Source: a virus (Duplodnaviria; Caudoviricetes). From it: 24,007 nt of DNA. Position 1 is the stretch's first letter, and each line of letters opens with the position of its first letter. The DNA is taken from the IMG/VR virus record IMGVR_UViG_3300037484_000530, positions 1 to 24,007 of that record; one strand, given 5' to 3'. A model generated the notes under the pieces. It worked only from the letters and a program-made list of their open reading frames with translations, did no database searches and had not been told where the DNA came from. This document shows, in pieces, positions 1 to 8,360 of the stretch. Both the position numbers and the translations under genes were made by a program.

Positions 1-5
1 AAACA

Positions 6-3000
6 ATGAGAACAATCTCAGCCGGCGGATTAGCGAAACTTGCCCAGAATCGCGGAACGGAGCCGGTGATTATCCTCGAAGTTCAGTGGACTGACGGCGG
101 CTCGATCTACCGTTACGCTGATATTGATATCACCGCCGAAGGCGTCAAAGGCGTGATTCAAGAAGTCAGCGGCCTCGATAACGTCATCACTGTGAGTGGC
201 GTGACGGCGGGAACGACTGGGGAATCCCAGCAACTGAGCTTCACTCTGGCAGACCAGGATGGGGATATCAAAGCGATTCTTGACACTAATGATATCCACA
301 AGCGTCCCGCTTGGGTCTATCAATGGTACAAGAGTCTCCCGTTCTCTGATCGATTCCTGTTGTTCAAAGGCCAAGTGTCCAGCCCGATTGAGTGGCACGA
401 AGGCGACCGGACGATTCACTTGGACGTGATTAACCAGATCGAGGACGCCGAGATTGGGTTCTCGATCGAGGAAGGCAACTTTGAGTACCTGCCCGAAGAC
501 CTGATCGGGAAGCCGTGGCCGTTGGTGTTCGGGACGTGCATACATATCCCGGCGCTTAAAATCCGTTCACCCTACAAAGGCACGTTGCGTACGGGCTTCG
601 GGGTGCACGATTTTACGAAGGAAGCCAAGCTGGATCAGTTGCAGCATATGTGCTGTCCGCTTGTGTTCCGGGGCTTCTACGTCCAGAGTGGCATCGGTGG
701 TCAGACGGCTAACCCCATCTTCGCGCAAGAGCCGGGCTGCTACTGCCAGCGACTCGCCAACATCGCGCAGCTTGAGGCTGAAATCGCTCTGGAGAAATCA
801 TACGAGTTTGGGACCATCGAGATTATCGGTGGCGACATTTTTCCTCAGAGTCAGACGATCACACTGGATATCTGCGGCGCCAGAGTCACCGGGAAATTCA
901 CCGGGACGTCCGAGAATCCTACGACGACATTTGTTGTACAAGGTCGCCAACATCCAGAATATGGCAATCTCGTAGTTCCGCCGACGATCAATTTCCTGGG
1001 CTGTGAGGCCCGCAGCTTGGCATCCTTCGAGACAAGCCATCCCGGCGGGACCTACGTGGGCCGCGATCAGGTCTTGTTCGCTCCGATCGTGTGTGGCGAG
1101 GAAGACAATGACACGACGAACCTAGGATGGGACTACTACGCCACGTTCCCGACGGCCGATTTCTTCTGGGCCGAGCCGGGGTGCGAAGTATTCTTCGTCG
1201 GTGACGAGGAAATCGTGTATGTCGTCAACCTGTTGCCCAGTACGATCCTACGGGTAGCGGCGTTCAGAACCTACGATTCTGGCGTCAGGGAACTGGTCAC
1301 GGTGCCTCAAACGTACTATACGACCAGACTCTCGGACTTCAACGGCTACACGGTGACTGAAATCGTGATGACCCGGCCCTTGAGTCGCCGGAACGAGGGA
1401 TGGGAAGACGACATCTACGTGAGCCAGACGTCCAGCGTCGGCCCGAACACCGTCGAAATCATTCAGTGGTTGATCGAGAAATACACGACGTTCACAGTAG
1501 ACACCACATCCTTTACAGATGTTCAAGCGAAGATCGAGAACTACCCATCGAACTTCCCGCTCTTAGAGCGACGGAACATCATCGAGGTACTAAAGGATAT
1601 TGCGTTTCAAGCGCGGTGTGCCCTGTACCTGCGGAACGACGTGTTTCATATCCGATACCTCAGTGGGGAGCCTGATACTAATATCACGATAACGGAAGAC
1701 GAAGTGCTTCCGAACTCAATGGTGATTGGGCATACCGCAACTGAGGAACTGGTGACGAAGTTCGTAGCGAAGTGGATTTATGACTACGCGAAGGACGAAC
1801 CGAATCGTGCGATCTACCGCTACAACATCAAGAAGTACGGAACACAGGAACGTGAGTTTGACTTCTTCATCTACAACATCTTGGAGTTGGTGACGAAGTC
1901 CGCCACGTTCTGGCTGATCCGGATGGCAAACACCTGGAGACGACTCAAATTCAAGACGCCTATAAAGAAGTTACAGGCGGAAGTCTTTGACGTGGCAGAA
2001 GTCACGTTGCCTGACTTCGCTGATACTAATATCAAGTGTCTGATTGAGCAGGCGTCGTACGACTCTGAGACATACGAGATTACGTTTGACATGTGGACAC
2101 CGGTACGCTCCGGCGAACGAACGCAATACGATTTCGCCTGGCCGGCGTACATTGACATTACGTTACTGTACCCGACCGAGGGTGACCTATTGGATGGTAT
2201 CGCGGGAGGCTCCGGCCCGAACGTTGACGTGGAGCCGCCGTCCTCACATCCCTTGGCTCAACCACAGGGGTTCAACGCGAACTTCAAAAACTACCCTGGG
2301 GTATCGTGCAAGAACAACTTCGGGGAGCAAGTGTACGCAGATTTCTGCCGACCGGATCACGGCGACAAAATTCCCTCTGACATTGACGACGAGAAGCCGA
2401 GCGTCAAGGTGCCAGGGCAGGGAGAGACAACAGTACCCGCGACCAAGAATCCGGTCGGGATGTTGAATCCTTTTGTACAGGATTTGCAGCAGAAGGCCGC
2501 AGAGCAAGAAGCCAAAAGTGTCGGCAACGCTGTTCGGGCCGAGCAGGGCACAGATGGTAGTGGTGGCTACAACAGCGAGGACGAAGACTTTGATCCGATG
2601 GATACTCTACCTGAGACTCCGCCGGAATCTGAAGAATGCGTTTCTTGCGTTACGTTCTATCAATTCGATGCGATTACGACAGTTTACCAGCCCGGTACTG
2701 AGGCTTCTTTGAACCAGCCGGGCGACGTCGGTAAGGCGCGGACAGGAGAGCCGCCATTCATCGGACAGATGAAGTCAGTCACAGCTTGCTACAATTCACG
2801 TGATTTGGCGATTGCACAAGCGAATAGATGGTCTCAGATTGGTCAACAATCCTATACTGCTGTTGTGGGACAACCACATCCTGTGATTTCGTCCATCAAC
2901 TACCTAGCCGCGCCTAATTGCAACGACGTAACGGAGGAAGACGGCGCAATGATTTCATGGCAACGGTCAGGCGATGATGCCGCAGATCAAGGATTTAAGG

Positions 3001-3062
3001 ACATCTCGAACGCTCCTGATTCCGATTTTGTGGACACGAATGGTGATCCGTTGGTCTTTTAA
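6..3062 (+). CDS. Putative phage tail-tip / baseplate hub-like structural protein (1018 aa)
   Basis: Long ORF. The N-terminal 'PWPLVFGTCIHIPAL' and mid-protein 'IKKYGTQEREFDF...A...' segments resemble tail-tip/host-specificity proteins. It has an acidic, Pro/Gly-rich C-terminus and is followed by a strong hairpin. Function inferred from resemblance only. Confidence 0.55.
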   Translation: MRTISAGGLAKLAQNRGTEPVIILEVQWTDGGSIYRYADIDITAEGVKGVIQEVSGLDNVITVSGVTAGTTGESQQLSFTLADQDGDIKAILDTNDIHKRPAWVYQWYKSLPFSDRFLLFKGQVSSPIEWHEGDRTIHLDVINQIEDAEIGFSIEEGNFEYLPEDLIGKPWPLVFGTCIHIPALKIRSPYKGTLRTGFGVHDFTKEAKLDQLQHMCCPLVFRGFYVQSGIGGQTANPIFAQEPGCYCQRLANIAQLEAEIALEKSYEFGTIEIIGGDIFPQSQTITLDICGARVTGKFTGTSENPTTTFVVQGRQHPEYGNLVVPPTINFLGCEARSLASFETSHPGGTYVGRDQVLFAPIVCGEEDNDTTNLGWDYYATFPTADFFWAEPGCEVFFVGDEEIVYVVNLLPSTILRVAAFRTYDSGVRELVTVPQTYYTTRLSDFNGYTVTEIVMTRPLSRRNEGWEDDIYVSQTSSVGPNTVEIIQWLIEKYTTFTVDTTSFTDVQAKIENYPSNFPLLERRNIIEVLKDIAFQARCALYLRNDVFHIRYLSGEPDTNITITEDEVLPNSMVIGHTATEELVTKFVAKWIYDYAKDEPNRAIYRYNIKKYGTQEREFDFFIYNILELVTKSATFWLIRMANTWRRLKFKTPIKKLQAEVFDVAEVTLPDFADTNIKCLIEQASYDSETYEITFDMWTPVRSGERTQYDFAWPAYIDITLLYPTEGDLLDGIAGGSGPNVDVEPPSSHPLAQPQGFNANFKNYPGVSCKNNFGEQVYADFCRPDHGDKIPSDIDDEKPSVKVPGQGETTVPATKNPVGMLNPFVQDLQQKAAEQEAKSVGNAVRAEQGTDGSGGYNSEDEDFDPMDTLPETPPESEECVSCVTFYQFDAITTVYQPGTEASLNQPGDVGKARTGEPPFIGQMKSVTACYNSRDLAIAQANRWSQIGQQSYTAVVGQPHPVISSINYLAAPNCNDVTEEDGAMISWQRSGDDAADQGFKDISNAPDSDFVDTNGDPLVF

Positions 3063-3071
3063 CTTGGGTGC

Positions 3072-3110
3072 GCGGGGCCGGTGGGTTGTGGTAGCCTGCC
3101 GGCCCCGTTT
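3072..3110 (+). terminator. Probable intrinsic terminator hairpin after the tail gene
   Basis: GCGGGGCCGGTGGGTT (3072-3087) pairs with AGCCTGCCGGCCCCGT (3093-3108), allowing G-U pairs. It starts about 10 nt after the TAA stop; the U-tail is short. Confidence 0.65.
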
Positions 3111-3175
3111 GAGGATAAACTCAATGTGGTTAAACATCCCGCTAGGATCGGTTCTCTTACAGAAGGTGCCAAAAG

Positions 3176-3493
3176 ATGTGCGGAGGATGCGGCGGTCCGA
3201 TGACCAAGAGAAAGGCGAGGATGGACGAGAAACAGAAGCCGATCGTCAAGGACGACGGGAGCCTCCTGTTCACGAAGATAGCTCCGGCGCTGCCGGGGTA
3301 CAGACATGACCCCGACAACCCGAAGCGTTTGATTGCAGACTTGGTAGCTTGCTTTCATCGGTTGACGCTACCAATGATGTTGAAGGATGGGACATACCGG
3401 GTTGTCAACCAATGCAACAACCCGGTATGTCAATGGCGGGGTAAAGAAGTGGATAATAGCATCTGCAAGGACTGTCCGCTCAGGAACGTTTGA
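3176..3493 (+). CDS. Hypothetical Cys-rich protein (possible Zn-binding); start may be 3176, 3200 or 3221
   Basis: ORF with CFHR, CNNPVC and CKDCP motifs; fills the space between the terminator and the convergent operon. Confidence 0.6.
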   Translation: MCGGCGGPMTKRKARMDEKQKPIVKDDGSLLFTKIAPALPGYRHDPDNPKRLIADLVACFHRLTLPMMLKDGTYRVVNQCNNPVCQWRGKEVDNSICKDCPLRNV

Positions 3494-3674
3494 ATCTGTT
3501 CCAGATGAGTAGACAAACTCCTACAATGCTAATAGCTACCAAAAATGCGAGCATTGCTTCCGGTGAATCCCGCTGCGGTGATCCAGAGGGTTCATCCCAA
3601 ATCGGGTTGAGTGGGTTCAACGGGGACAACGGGTTTGCCGGATGGAAAGGACTACAAGGATCTAGCGGGTCCAT
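3480..3674 (-). CDS. Small membrane protein with N-terminal (N/S/D)-P-(L/F) repeats
   Basis: MDPLDPCSPFHPANPLSPLNPLNPIW followed by one hydrophobic helix (AMLAFLVAISIVGVCLLIW). AAAGG RBS upstream of ATG 3674; last gene of the leftward operon. Confidence 0.6.
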   Translation of the reverse strand: MDPLDPCSPFHPANPLSPLNPLNPIWDEPSGSPQRDSPEAMLAFLVAISIVGVCLLIWNRFKRS

Positions 3675-3684
3675 AAGCAACCTT

Positions 3685-4326
3685 TCATGGAATGTGTCCT
3701 AAGACCATTTCGTTGTAGACGTCCGCAGTTGCGATGCAGTCTTGAAGCGCGTCATGCGCTTTGAGATTCTTCACTTTCAACTGACTGCATAGGTACGCCA
3801 AGTTTGATTTCGGAAATGGCACCTTCGCCGGTAGAATGCACAGCGTGTCCTTGGCGTACCTGTCGTTCAGATACTGGGCGACTGGCAAGGTGTCTCGATA
3901 CCACGGATGAAAAAAAGACTCGAAGCTAGTCACGCCGAGCCAGTCCATCATGAAGCTGCGATCGAAAGGCCAGTTCTGGGCGACCGGGACCAGCTTCTTT
4001 CCTTCCGGCAGAAGTGGCGGGCGTCGCTCGGTTCGGACCTTCAGCTTCTCGAACCACTCGTCGAACAGGTCGGCAGCGTCCCACGGATCGAGGGCGCGTT
4101 GCATCTTCTGTGCGAATTCCATCCGCGAGACCTTGACGGCTTTCATGTCAATGTTCTCGGGACGCTTGGGTCGCAATTCAAGATAGAATGGCGTTACGCG
4201 CTTATCTGGTTTGATATTATCATCAAGAATCAGAACGCAGACTTGCCAGATGTCGTGGAAACCGGGAATCGTTCCTGTAGTTTCCACGTCAACGGCGGCC
4301 AGTAGATTCCCGTTAAGGTGAATCAC
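3685..4326 (-). CDS. DEDDh (DnaQ/RNase T-like) 3'-5' exonuclease
   Basis: ExoI VDVETTG, ExoII QNWPFD, ExoIII HDALQD. Confidence 0.88.
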   Translation of the reverse strand: MIHLNGNLLAAVDVETTGTIPGFHDIWQVCVLILDDNIKPDKRVTPFYLELRPKRPENIDMKAVKVSRMEFAQKMQRALDPWDAADLFDEWFEKLKVRTERRPPLLPEGKKLVPVAQNWPFDRSFMMDWLGVTSFESFFHPWYRDTLPVAQYLNDRYAKDTLCILPAKVPFPKSNLAYLCSQLKVKNLKAHDALQDCIATADVYNEMVLGHIP

Positions 4327-4898
4327 TTACGCGGCCCTCCGAAAATCTGCTCACCGATCCAAATGACCTGGTCGTTGAGGGCGCGGAGGTCTCCCTTATT
4401 AGAGACCTTGAAGTGCCACTCTTCCCAAGAATCCAGTTCGGTTTCACGCCCGTCCGTAGCCATTTCGCCATCGCGATCCATACGGACAAGCGTGCCACCG
4501 CACGCCTGAATCTTGGTCGCTTCGTTCGTGAACCCCATGTCCTTGACCAGGATTACGTCAGCCGTAATGCCGCCTCTGAGAACAAAATCAATCCACGTGT
4601 CGCTGTACACGTCGCGAAGAGCGTTGCCGACCTTGATCCAAATTTGCCTGGGAGTCATCCCGATGGCCGGTAGGATCACTTCCTTGTCGGGGTAGTTCGA
4701 CTCATAGTGGATGCCGGGTTGTAAGCCCGCCCACTTGTAGAGTTGGTGGCTGATGTCTTTGAGTTTATCCGCAAAACCCACCTTACGAACCTGGAGTTCG
4801 GGGTGTTCCTTGCGGAGCCAGTTGACCATGAAGTTGGCGAACGTGTCCTTGCCGCGACCCTTCTTGTATCCGATTCCGACGATTGTCTGTTGACTCAT
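4323..4898 (-). CDS. Deoxynucleoside monophosphate kinase (T4 gp1-like P-loop kinase)
   Basis: N-terminal GYKKGRGKDT P-loop, FADKLK, TPRQIWIKVG and D-x-x-F-x-NE pattern typical of phage dNMP kinases; 4-nt overlaps with both neighbours. Confidence 0.82.
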   Translation of the reverse strand: MSQQTIVGIGYKKGRGKDTFANFMVNWLRKEHPELQVRKVGFADKLKDISHQLYKWAGLQPGIHYESNYPDKEVILPAIGMTPRQIWIKVGNALRDVYSDTWIDFVLRGGITADVILVKDMGFTNEATKIQACGGTLVRMDRDGEMATDGRETELDSWEEWHFKVSNKGDLRALNDQVIWIGEQIFGGPRK

Positions 4899-7582
4899 TG
4901 CACCAGCTTTCCATCATAGAGACGCCAGGGCGAGCTAGCCGCCGGCTTCTCGTGCTCGTTGAAGGTTAAGTTGCCCAAGTAGAAATCCGCGCCTTCACGC
5001 ATGTTACGACCTTTTGGGAAGCACCGCGGTAGTTCACGGCCTACACGTATCTTTGACCAGTTGCCGACCTCTTCGGGGTCCAACCACTGAGTGAATCTCT
5101 CGAAGAACTCCCCGTATTTGACGAGGCAGCCGTCTACCTTGTAACAGCATTCGTCGATGAACGCTTCGAGGGCGCTCATGTTGTTCCGAGAGACGTGCTT
5201 CTTCTCCTGAGTTTCGAGCACCGGAATCACGAGTCGTCCGTCTGGATGCGGAATCTCAATAGATATAATCGAACCGAGGAAGTCTGACGCTTCCTTTTCC
5301 AGGAGCTGGTAGAACCGGGCTTCTGGAATTTCTTCGTCGAGAGGTTTGACATAGCTCACGGTGATTCTAGTATCACCAGTGAAAATCGGGCAGAACGTGA
5401 TGCTGTTCGCCGTCTGGACGAAGTGCAAGCAGTTACGAATCTGGTACGGAGTTTGTCCCTTCTTGTGGACCGAAATGTACTTGGAAGTCACCCATTCCTT
5501 GATCCTAGATCGGGCATCCCGATTCTTGGACAAGTCGAGTTCTTCCACGTAGCACAGGATCGCGGACTCAAGTTCGCCTGTAAAGCCGCCTTGGCTCGTG
5601 AGAGCGGTCTTTCCGTCAACGTATCCTTTCGTCATGAGTAAACTGAGCGCTTGATGGAAAGAACTCTTCCCGGTATTCTCTTCCTCGGAGAAGAAGAACA
5701 AGTATGGCAGATGTTCGGTCGGCCGCTGGAACAGCGAAGCGACCCACATCTTGAGATATTCACCGCCGGTCATGATTCCATTTGCTTGACACCACGTGTT
5801 GTGCAGGACCGCGTCATTCAGGCCGTTGCCGCAATGGTTGAGAATCTTGTCCCACGTCGGGTGCTCGAATGGCCCTTCGAGTTTCGGCTTGAACCGAAGC
5901 TGAGCGGCCCCACGGTTCCACTGTCGGTCGCCGGGGAACTCGTCCTCGAATGGTTTGTTCACGAGAGTCCAGCCACGCATTACGCAATTACCCAGAACGG
6001 TATTTATCTCGCGGTCGCTGAAGTTCATGCTCTTCAAAGCTAACTTCGCGTGGTGTATCGGCTCGGTCTGCCATCCTTTACCCGAATTGATGACCCAACC
6101 GTAATCTTCGCTTGAGTCTGTAATCAAGTGCCGAACTATGTCGTCGTGGTTTCCGACTTCGGGTTCAGAGGCGGGTGCGGCTTTGACGTTGAAGATTTTC
6201 TTCCACCAACCGCCGTCCTCTTTCCATTCCTTCATATCGCCGCCGTTGTCTGACGCTTCGCGTTTAATCTCAATAATCAAGCGGCCATCCTTCTTGTGCT
6301 GCTTGAGCACAGTCTGTCGGGCGGACGCCCACGGAGGCAGCTTAACTTGAGCACCGAGAGCCTCGGCCACGGTCTTGGCGACCTCCGCCTCTTGGAACAC
6401 GAATCCGCCGGACTCCTGTTCGATTCCGTTCAGGGACCGGGAAGCAATTTTGAGGTCGGGTTCCTGATTATAAAAGCAACGTGTCCGCCCTTGCCCGTCC
6501 TGGTCCCAAGATGCGTGCTCCTGCACGTCGGAGTATCTACGCACGACCCAAGCCCCTTTACGGAGCGGGAAGGCGTAGCAGTTGTGATCGGCTCCGTGAT
6601 TCTTGCCGATCGCGATGGTGTCGAAAATGCCTTTGAGATTAAGCTCAACATGGGCACGTTTCAGGTCGGCCGTGTGGGCGACCATCATCCAATGGTCCTG
6701 GTCCCACCACCATTGCGCACCGTTCTCGTCCAGGAACGCGTGCAACTTGAGATGCATGGCGTCCAGTTTGATACGTGGTCGCGTGCCGCAAAGTTCCTCG
6801 AACTCATCGACTTCGGTTGATTCGATGTAACGCGGCAGGTTCTTACGGCGGTTGCCTTTGACTACCTCAAGATGATCGGTCCAGTTGACTGGGATATCGT
6901 TCAAGACTTCGCCCTGTTTGACGAGGCGGAGTCCGTCCGTTCCCTTCATCTTGCGTGCCCAGACCCACATATTTCCGCCGCAACAATCGACTTTGCTTTT
7001 GAAATCAAAGCCGGTCTTCGCGGACAACATACCCAGGATCGCACGACCTAGGGCTGCGTGCTCGGAATGATTCTCTGTTGGGACGTTCGGGAGAAAAACG
7101 TAGAGATGGTAGCCCTTGCCAGACGTGGATTTACGAACCGTGATCCACGGAATTGACATCGCCGCTGCACTGACTTCGTGCAGTTCCTCGGCTGTGAGTC
7201 CCTGCTCATGGTTGGCAATTGAGTCGAAATCGTAAGCCACCCAAAGGCTTTCACGTTTCTTCCAGTTCCAACCCGTCATCCCGATCGCCTCAGCGTGCTG
7301 GCCTAAAGGCCATGTCATTTTCTTTGGCGAATATTCGGGCGCAGTCTTGGCCTTGTAGGGTATGCGGAATGATTTCCATATCAACGTCGGATCTTGAGGG
7401 TCCGCCCAACCGTGCCACGTCTTGCCTTCGTACTCCTTAGTGACACGCACGCCGTTGTCCTGCGCGGCGTTAACCTGAATTTCCATGTCCTCGTTATACA
7501 GATCAGCAAGGTCGCGAATGGTGTTAGCTTCGAGAAAGAGTTTGATCGCTTCAGTTTGATACATTGAGTTTATTCTCTCCAT
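4895..7582 (-). CDS. Primase-helicase: N-terminal AEP/Prim-Pol domain plus C-terminal P-loop (SF3/NrS-1-like) helicase; true start may be ATG 7564
   Basis: AEP motifs AYDFD and RKSTSGKGYHLYV; Walker A EENTGKS, Walker B CYVEE, TAN motif; C-terminal winged-helix-like region. Confidence 0.82.
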   Translation of the reverse strand: MERINSMYQTEAIKLFLEANTIRDLADLYNEDMEIQVNAAQDNGVRVTKEYEGKTWHGWADPQDPTLIWKSFRIPYKAKTAPEYSPKKMTWPLGQHAEAIGMTGWNWKKRESLWVAYDFDSIANHEQGLTAEELHEVSAAAMSIPWITVRKSTSGKGYHLYVFLPNVPTENHSEHAALGRAILGMLSAKTGFDFKSKVDCCGGNMWVWARKMKGTDGLRLVKQGEVLNDIPVNWTDHLEVVKGNRRKNLPRYIESTEVDEFEELCGTRPRIKLDAMHLKLHAFLDENGAQWWWDQDHWMMVAHTADLKRAHVELNLKGIFDTIAIGKNHGADHNCYAFPLRKGAWVVRRYSDVQEHASWDQDGQGRTRCFYNQEPDLKIASRSLNGIEQESGGFVFQEAEVAKTVAEALGAQVKLPPWASARQTVLKQHKKDGRLIIEIKREASDNGGDMKEWKEDGGWWKKIFNVKAAPASEPEVGNHDDIVRHLITDSSEDYGWVINSGKGWQTEPIHHAKLALKSMNFSDREINTVLGNCVMRGWTLVNKPFEDEFPGDRQWNRGAAQLRFKPKLEGPFEHPTWDKILNHCGNGLNDAVLHNTWCQANGIMTGGEYLKMWVASLFQRPTEHLPYLFFFSEEENTGKSSFHQALSLLMTKGYVDGKTALTSQGGFTGELESAILCYVEELDLSKNRDARSRIKEWVTSKYISVHKKGQTPYQIRNCLHFVQTANSITFCPIFTGDTRITVSYVKPLDEEIPEARFYQLLEKEASDFLGSIISIEIPHPDGRLVIPVLETQEKKHVSRNNMSALEAFIDECCYKVDGCLVKYGEFFERFTQWLDPEEVGNWSKIRVGRELPRCFPKGRNMREGADFYLGNLTFNEHEKPAASSPWRLYDGKLVQ

Positions 7583-7776
7583 GCGAACCAGGAGCGAATG
7601 GCTACTAACGCACAGAACCCGTCAACCGCAAGTATGTCCCACATGCTCAAGTGTATCGCGTAAATGCACCAAATGAAGTTTCCAGCGAAGCTCAGAATCC
7701 AAGCGTGTCGATTCTTGTTTGATAGTCCAATCAACGCGAACAAAAGGACTGCATTTCCAAGCCACCCTAACGTCAT
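7570..7776 (-). CDS. Small 3-TM membrane protein, PnuC/SemiSWEET half-transporter-like
   Basis: Three hydrophobic segments with 'KNRHAWILSFAGNFIWCIYAI' and C-terminal 'SWFAWR'; GAAAGGA RBS upstream. Confidence 0.6.
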   Translation of the reverse strand: MTLGWLGNAVLLFALIGLSNKNRHAWILSFAGNFIWCIYAIHLSMWDILAVDGFCALVAIRSWFAWRE

Positions 7777-7798
7777 TTCACTGTTAGTCCTTTCTGAA

Positions 7799-7870
7799 AG
7801 TTGAGTTTATTCTCAGGATCTCAATTTGAGGAGTTGAGTTTATTCTCAGGACGCTTGATTATAAACTCAA
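7799..7870. repeat. Left operator array: exact 20-bp direct repeat AGTTGAGTTTATTCTCAGGA (7799-7818, 7832-7851) plus TTGATTATAAACTCAA (7855-7870)
   Basis: Read directly from the sequence; three copies of the 16-bp TTGA-N8-TCAA motif. Confidence 0.85.
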
Positions 7871-7910
7871 ATCAGCGCAGAATCTCGATTAAAAGCGAAA
7901 GTGTCGCCAG

Positions 7911-7946
7911 TCTATGCTATCGGCATTACAGAAAATTGTTGCGCTG
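7911..7946 (-). promoter_or_regulatory. Putative leftward promoter CAGCGCAAC-N12-TGCCGATAGCATAGA
   Basis: Reverse-strand copy of 8185-8220 with identical spacing. Confidence 0.5.
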
Positions 7947-8184
7947 CCGTTGTAAAGTCTTGCGCCGCATAGGGTTACAACTATTCCCGTTTACCGATCT
8001 TACATCAGGCGTATAGGGAAAATCTCAACTCAAAATTTACTAGTAAGGGAATGTAAATCGGGCAATCTTGTATCTTGTCACTTGCTTGACGCAAACCGTT
8101 TCCAGCAAACGCTTTACGTCAAACTAGTGTACATTTGCTATGGCGCTTTATATGTGCGCGTAGTGGCGAACAAAATGCGGAAAA

Positions 8185-8220
8185 CAGCGCAACTAGTTGG
8201 CGTTTTGCCGATAGCCTAGA
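8185..8220 (+). promoter_or_regulatory. Putative rightward promoter CAGCGCAAC-N12-TGCCGATAGCCTAGA
   Basis: Two blocks are conserved with the leftward copy while the 12-nt spacer is not. GCCGATAG resembles the sigma-28 -10 element GCCGATAA. Confidence 0.5.
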
Positions 8221-8255
8221 GTAGCAGGAATCGCCGCGCCAGATGGAACGCTGAT

Positions 8256-8360
8256 TTGAGTTTTCTATCAACCGGCTTTTGAGAATAAACTCAGTCAACG
8301 ACGCAGACGATTCTGATGACAAACTCAATTCTTGTTTCCACCTTTGGAGTATTTTCTCAA
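8256..8360. repeat. Right operator array: 16-bp motif at 8256-8271, 8279-8294, 8313-8328 and a weaker copy at 8345-8360 covering the RBS and start of the ParB-like gene
   Basis: TTGAGTTTTCTATCAA, TTGAGAATAAACTCAG, CTGATGACAAACTCAA, TGGAGTATTTTCTCAA. Confidence 0.8.

Larger units (their letters stand above)
7777..8359. promoter_or_regulatory. Mirror-symmetric divergent control region (candidate promoter pair with operator arrays and/or replication origin)
   Basis: Non-coding and AT-richer than the genes. Inverted pairs about an axis near 8064: 7801-7816/8313-8328, 7834-7849/8279-8294, 7855-7877/8249-8271, 7911-7925/8206-8220, 7938-7946/8185-8193. Confidence 0.8.

Noticed and set aside
3109-3124. 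16-bp motif as canonical parS or an FNR/CRP box
   Set aside because: It does not match TGTTNCACGTGAAACA, and FNR is TTGAT-N4-ATCAA (14 bp), two bases shorter than this motif.
3490-3702. Plus-strand ORF with a collagen-like G-x-x run (GLSGFNGDNGFAGWKGLQGSSG)
   Set aside because: It is the antisense shadow of the P-x-x repeat in the minus-strand membrane protein, which has an RBS and fits the operon.
7799-7851. 20-bp direct repeat as a mini CRISPR array
   Set aside because: Only two copies with a 13-nt spacer and no cas genes; explained by the 16-bp operator family.
8279-8359. N-terminal extension of ParB-1 from TTG 8279, and ORFs 7801-8016 and 8119-8373
   Set aside because: These translate operator repeats and have no RBS; ATG 8360 has GGAG and starts at the ParB domain.
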